Assembly (NCBI GenBank): GCA_963675245.1 | Contig: OY775910.1 | Span: 1,562,301 to 1,626,300 of the forward strand | DNA length: 64,000 nucleotides | DNA from: Acholeplasmataceae bacterium | GTDB taxonomy: Bacteria; Bacillota_I; Bacilli_A; Acholeplasmatales; Acholeplasmataceae | Reading direction: 5' to 3' | Shown here: piece by piece, positions 61,036 to 64,000 of the stretch | Position numbering within the stretch: the stretch's first letter is position 1 | How the letters are laid out: every line of letters starts with the position of its first letter | Notes under the pieces: model-generated | What the model saw: only the letters and a program-made list of their open reading frames with translations | Database searches by the model: none | Told to the model about the DNA's origin: nothing | Translations under genes and position numbers: made by a program

Positions 61036-62703
61036 TTACATCGCTTTTAGTGTTTCAATACCTAATAATCTTAAACCTTCATTTATCACAATTTGAATGG
61101 ATCTCGCAAGTAGTAGGTTTGCTTGTAATCGACCTACTTCATCAACTAAAACTCGTTCTTTCCCGTAAAAACTATTGAATGCCTGTGCTAAAGAAAGTAT
61201 ATATTTAGCAATAACACTAGGACTATCGCTGTCTTTCGCTCTTTCAACCATTTCTGGGAATTGATCAACGAGTTTAATCAGTTCAAAATAATGATCAATT
61301 TTATATGTATTGTAATCAACTGATGATGTATCAATCGTTTGATCTTTTAACATTGATTCAATACGGACACTACTATATTGTAAATATGGTCCAGTTTGTC
61401 CTTCAAATTTTAGCATGCTCGCCAAATTAAAATCAACATCTAAATGTCTTTCATTTTTCAAGTCATTAAAGATGATAGCACCAACACCAACCGCTTTTGC
61501 CACATTGTCTTTATCATCTAAACCTGGATTTTTTTCTGTGATGGCTTGTTTGGCTTCGTCAACTGCTTGATCAATCACAGCTTCTAAGCGCTTTGCTTTA
61601 CCACCACGAGTTGACATTTTTTTGCCATCTAGCAAAACTAAACCGAAATTAATATGCTCAATTTGAATATCCCAATCGAGTAATTTAGCAACAGATGCTA
61701 ATTGTTTAAAATGAAGTTGTTGTTCATTACCAACGACATATAATACCTTTTTAGCACCATAAGTATCCATACGATATTTTAATGCTGCTAAATCTCTTGT
61801 CATATAGAGAGTTGCGCCATCTGTTCTTTTAATCAGAGCAGGTGGTAAATCTTCACCTAAATCAACAATGGTAGCGCCTTCGTCAATTTTTAATAAACCT
61901 CTAGCTTCTAATTCATCAACAATCGCATCCATTTTATCGTTATAAAATGCTTCACCATGATAGGAATCAAAAGAGACATTTAAAACATCATACATGTGCA
62001 TAAATTCATGCAACGACTTTTCTCTGAAGTTTTCCCAAAGTGTCATATAATGTGAATGACCTTCTTCGAGTGCTTTGAATACATCTCTTGCTTCATCTTC
62101 CAGTGAAGGATTTTTTTCTACTTCATCATGAAAACGAACATATAAAGCCTGTAAAGCATTAATTGGATCTTCTTCCACTTCTACTGGATTACCCCATTTT
62201 TCATAAGCAACAATCATTTTACCAAATTGGGTACCCCAATCACCTAGATGATTAACCCCGGTGACATTTACACCACATTTTTCGTAGATATTTTTGAGTG
62301 AATGTCCAATCATGGTTGACCTTAAATGACCCACAGAAAAGCTCTTAGCAATATTTGGTGATGAATAATCAATGACAATATTTTCACCTTTTGATTGTAA
62401 TTGTCCAAATGAATCTTGTGCTTCATAGACCTCATTTAAGACCCGCTTACTGAATATAATACGCTTTAAATATATATTTAAAAAGCCACCTGTGAACTCA
62501 ACATGATCAATTGCTTCATGAGAAAGTGCTGGTTCAACTTTTTCAAACACTGCTTGTGGTGACATCTTCCATGTCTTTGCAAAACTAAATAGCGGAATAG
62601 CTAAATCAGCTAATCCACGTTTTGGTCTTTCAATAGCAAATTCATCGATATCAAATACATTTGATAATTTTACTTTTAAATCCTGTTTAATTTGATTAAT
62701 CAT
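61036..62703 (-). CDS. argS: Arginyl-tRNA synthetase
   Basis: DYSSPNIAK, GHLRS, NHLGDWGTQFG, KMSTR and GPYLQY. Confidence 0.97.
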   Translation of the reverse strand: MINQIKQDLKVKLSNVFDIDEFAIERPKRGLADLAIPLFSFAKTWKMSPQAVFEKVEPALSHEAIDHVEFTGGFLNIYLKRIIFSKRVLNEVYEAQDSFGQLQSKGENIVIDYSSPNIAKSFSVGHLRSTMIGHSLKNIYEKCGVNVTGVNHLGDWGTQFGKMIVAYEKWGNPVEVEEDPINALQALYVRFHDEVEKNPSLEDEARDVFKALEEGHSHYMTLWENFREKSLHEFMHMYDVLNVSFDSYHGEAFYNDKMDAIVDELEARGLLKIDEGATIVDLGEDLPPALIKRTDGATLYMTRDLAALKYRMDTYGAKKVLYVVGNEQQLHFKQLASVAKLLDWDIQIEHINFGLVLLDGKKMSTRGGKAKRLEAVIDQAVDEAKQAITEKNPGLDDKDNVAKAVGVGAIIFNDLKNERHLDVDFNLASMLKFEGQTGPYLQYSSVRIESMLKDQTIDTSSVDYNTYKIDHYFELIKLVDQFPEMVERAKDSDSPSVIAKYILSLAQAFNSFYGKERVLVDEVGRLQANLLLARSIQIVINEGLRLLGIETLKAM

Positions 62704-62737
62704 GAAATCTCCTTGAAAAAAAAGCACTAAGTGCTTT

Positions 62738-63289
62738 TTATTCTTCTTCTAAAGCTGCAATAGCGTCTTCAAAGAATGTTCTAACATTTGTATTTCTTGT
62801 TTGATCAGATGTACTTAAAGTTGAATCAAATGATTCTGCAATCTCACCATTAACAAAGACAAACATTTGTGGTGTCGCACTTGAAATGTTATCATTTGCA
62901 TCTACTAATCTTGTAAAAGCAGTTGGATCTTCCAGTGGGTTTAAATAATAGATTCTGTCAAATTGTTCTTGTGCACCAGTTGATTCAAAATATCTTTGAA
63001 TTGTACCTATATGATCTTGGCAAGTGGCACAATCAGGTGACGAAATGAAGAGAATAAATGTATCATCTCTACTAATCATTCTTTCTACTTTACTAGCATC
63101 AACTTCATAATATGGATGATCTTCTGTAAAATATTCATTTGCCGTATCCATATAAGATAAGTAAATTTTTTCACTATTTGAAGGGATTGCTATAATAACG
63201 AGAATAACGGCAACAGCAACCACTGTTAAGATGGAAACTAAGATACCTATTGATATTTTTGGTTCTACTTTATTATACTTGTCAGCCAT
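62738..63289 (-). CDS. Membrane-anchored thioredoxin-fold protein
   Basis: N-terminal TM, CATC motif and cis-Pro-like TPQMFVFVNG. Confidence 0.75.
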   Translation of the reverse strand: MADKYNKVEPKISIGILVSILTVVAVAVILVIIAIPSNSEKIYLSYMDTANEYFTEDHPYYEVDASKVERMISRDDTFILFISSPDCATCQDHIGTIQRYFESTGAQEQFDRIYYLNPLEDPTAFTRLVDANDNISSATPQMFVFVNGEIAESFDSTLSTSDQTRNTNVRTFFEDAIAALEEE

Positions 63290-63343
63290 GTGAATCCTCC
63301 TTGATATTAACATTAAAGATTATAGCATAATTAATGCTTATAA

Positions 63344-64000
63344 TCAATCTATGAAAACCTTTTTATAAATCTCATCTATGTGTCGCAAATAATGTGCAAA
63401 ATTAATACGATTAAAATCCAGTTTATTAGCTACATCAGTTTCTTCTTTTAATAGTTCTAGAAAATCTTTACTTTCAGCTAATGAGCGATGTGATATCATC
63501 TTAATAACATCATATGCAGCTGTTCGATCATAACCCTGATCAATTAACTGATGAAGGACTAATTGCGCATAAAATGCACCGTGAGATAGTTCAATATTTT
63601 TAGCCATATTTTCAGGATTTACAACTATATTTTCTAAAGTATTTGCGTATCTAACAAGCATATAATCAATTAGTGTTGTTGCGTCCACTAAAGCCACACG
63701 TTCAACTGAGGAATGACTTATATCACGTTCATGCCAAAGCGCAACTGATTCATATTCAGCAAGCATGTAACCTCTTAATAAGCGTGATAAACCACATACA
63801 TTTTCACTTGTAATTGGGTTTTTCTTCTGTGGCATAGCTGATGACCCTTTTTGTGTTTTACTAAAGGGTTCAGATACTTCACCAACTTCTGTTCTAGATA
63901 AATGTCTAACTTCTGTAGCCATTTTTTCAATTTGTGTTCCCAGTTGTGCGATAACAGCTAAATAGTTAGCATATCGATCTCTTTGCAGTGTTTGAGTTGA
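63344..64000 (-). CDS. purB: Adenylosuccinate lyase, 3' part; runs off the window end
   Basis: GSSAMPQKKNP and LWHERDISHSSVER; frame stays open to the window edge (STQTLQRDRYA). Confidence 0.95.
   Translation of the reverse strand, partial: STQTLQRDRYANYLAVIAQLGTQIEKMATEVRHLSRTEVGEVSEPFSKTQKGSSAMPQKKNPITSENVCGLSRLLRGYMLAEYESVALWHERDISHSSVERVALVDATTLIDYMLVRYANTLENIVVNPENMAKNIELSHGAFYAQLVLHQLIDQGYDRTAAYDVIKMISHRSLAESKDFLELLKEETDVANKLDFNRINFAHYLRHIDEIYKKVFID

Noticed and set aside
1..64000. Genetic code 4 (TGA=Trp) as in Mycoplasma/Spiroplasma
   Set aside because: Conserved genes are full length under code 11, and several end in TGA.

Overview
AT-rich bacterial chromosomal window using standard code 11 (TGG=Trp, TGA=stop), with gene content most consistent with a wall-less Acholeplasmatales-type Mollicute (inference). 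Housekeeping genes include degV (partial), ysxC, lon (with a CIRCE), tig, ilvE, rlmD, ackA, trmL, pncB, yaaA, cls, argS, purB (partial) and tRNA-Leu(CAA). Other blocks: a surface-polysaccharide locus containing glmS-glmM-glmU; a SRAP/Y-family polymerase/YolD mutagenesis cassette; a DAK2-DegV/DUF1295/class II photolyase/DUF2177 operon; and an amino-acid ABC transporter behind a lysine riboswitch. A decayed ~6.7 kb heavy-metal island (cadC-cadA, lspA, DUF302, gene fragments, orphan transposon-end repeat arrays) sits in the 3' end of rlmD. The best candidate for an undescribed system is a gene pair downstream of tRNA-Leu: an McrB-like NxD AAA+ GTPase whose N-terminus is about 12 transmembrane helices (apparently 3 x 4TM), coupled to a DUF2357/McrC-like partner with C-terminal Cys clusters and no visible nuclease motif. 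The second is an unannotated ~100-nt sRNA candidate with its own promoter and a C8 loop. All family calls come from recognising motifs by eye; no database searches were run.
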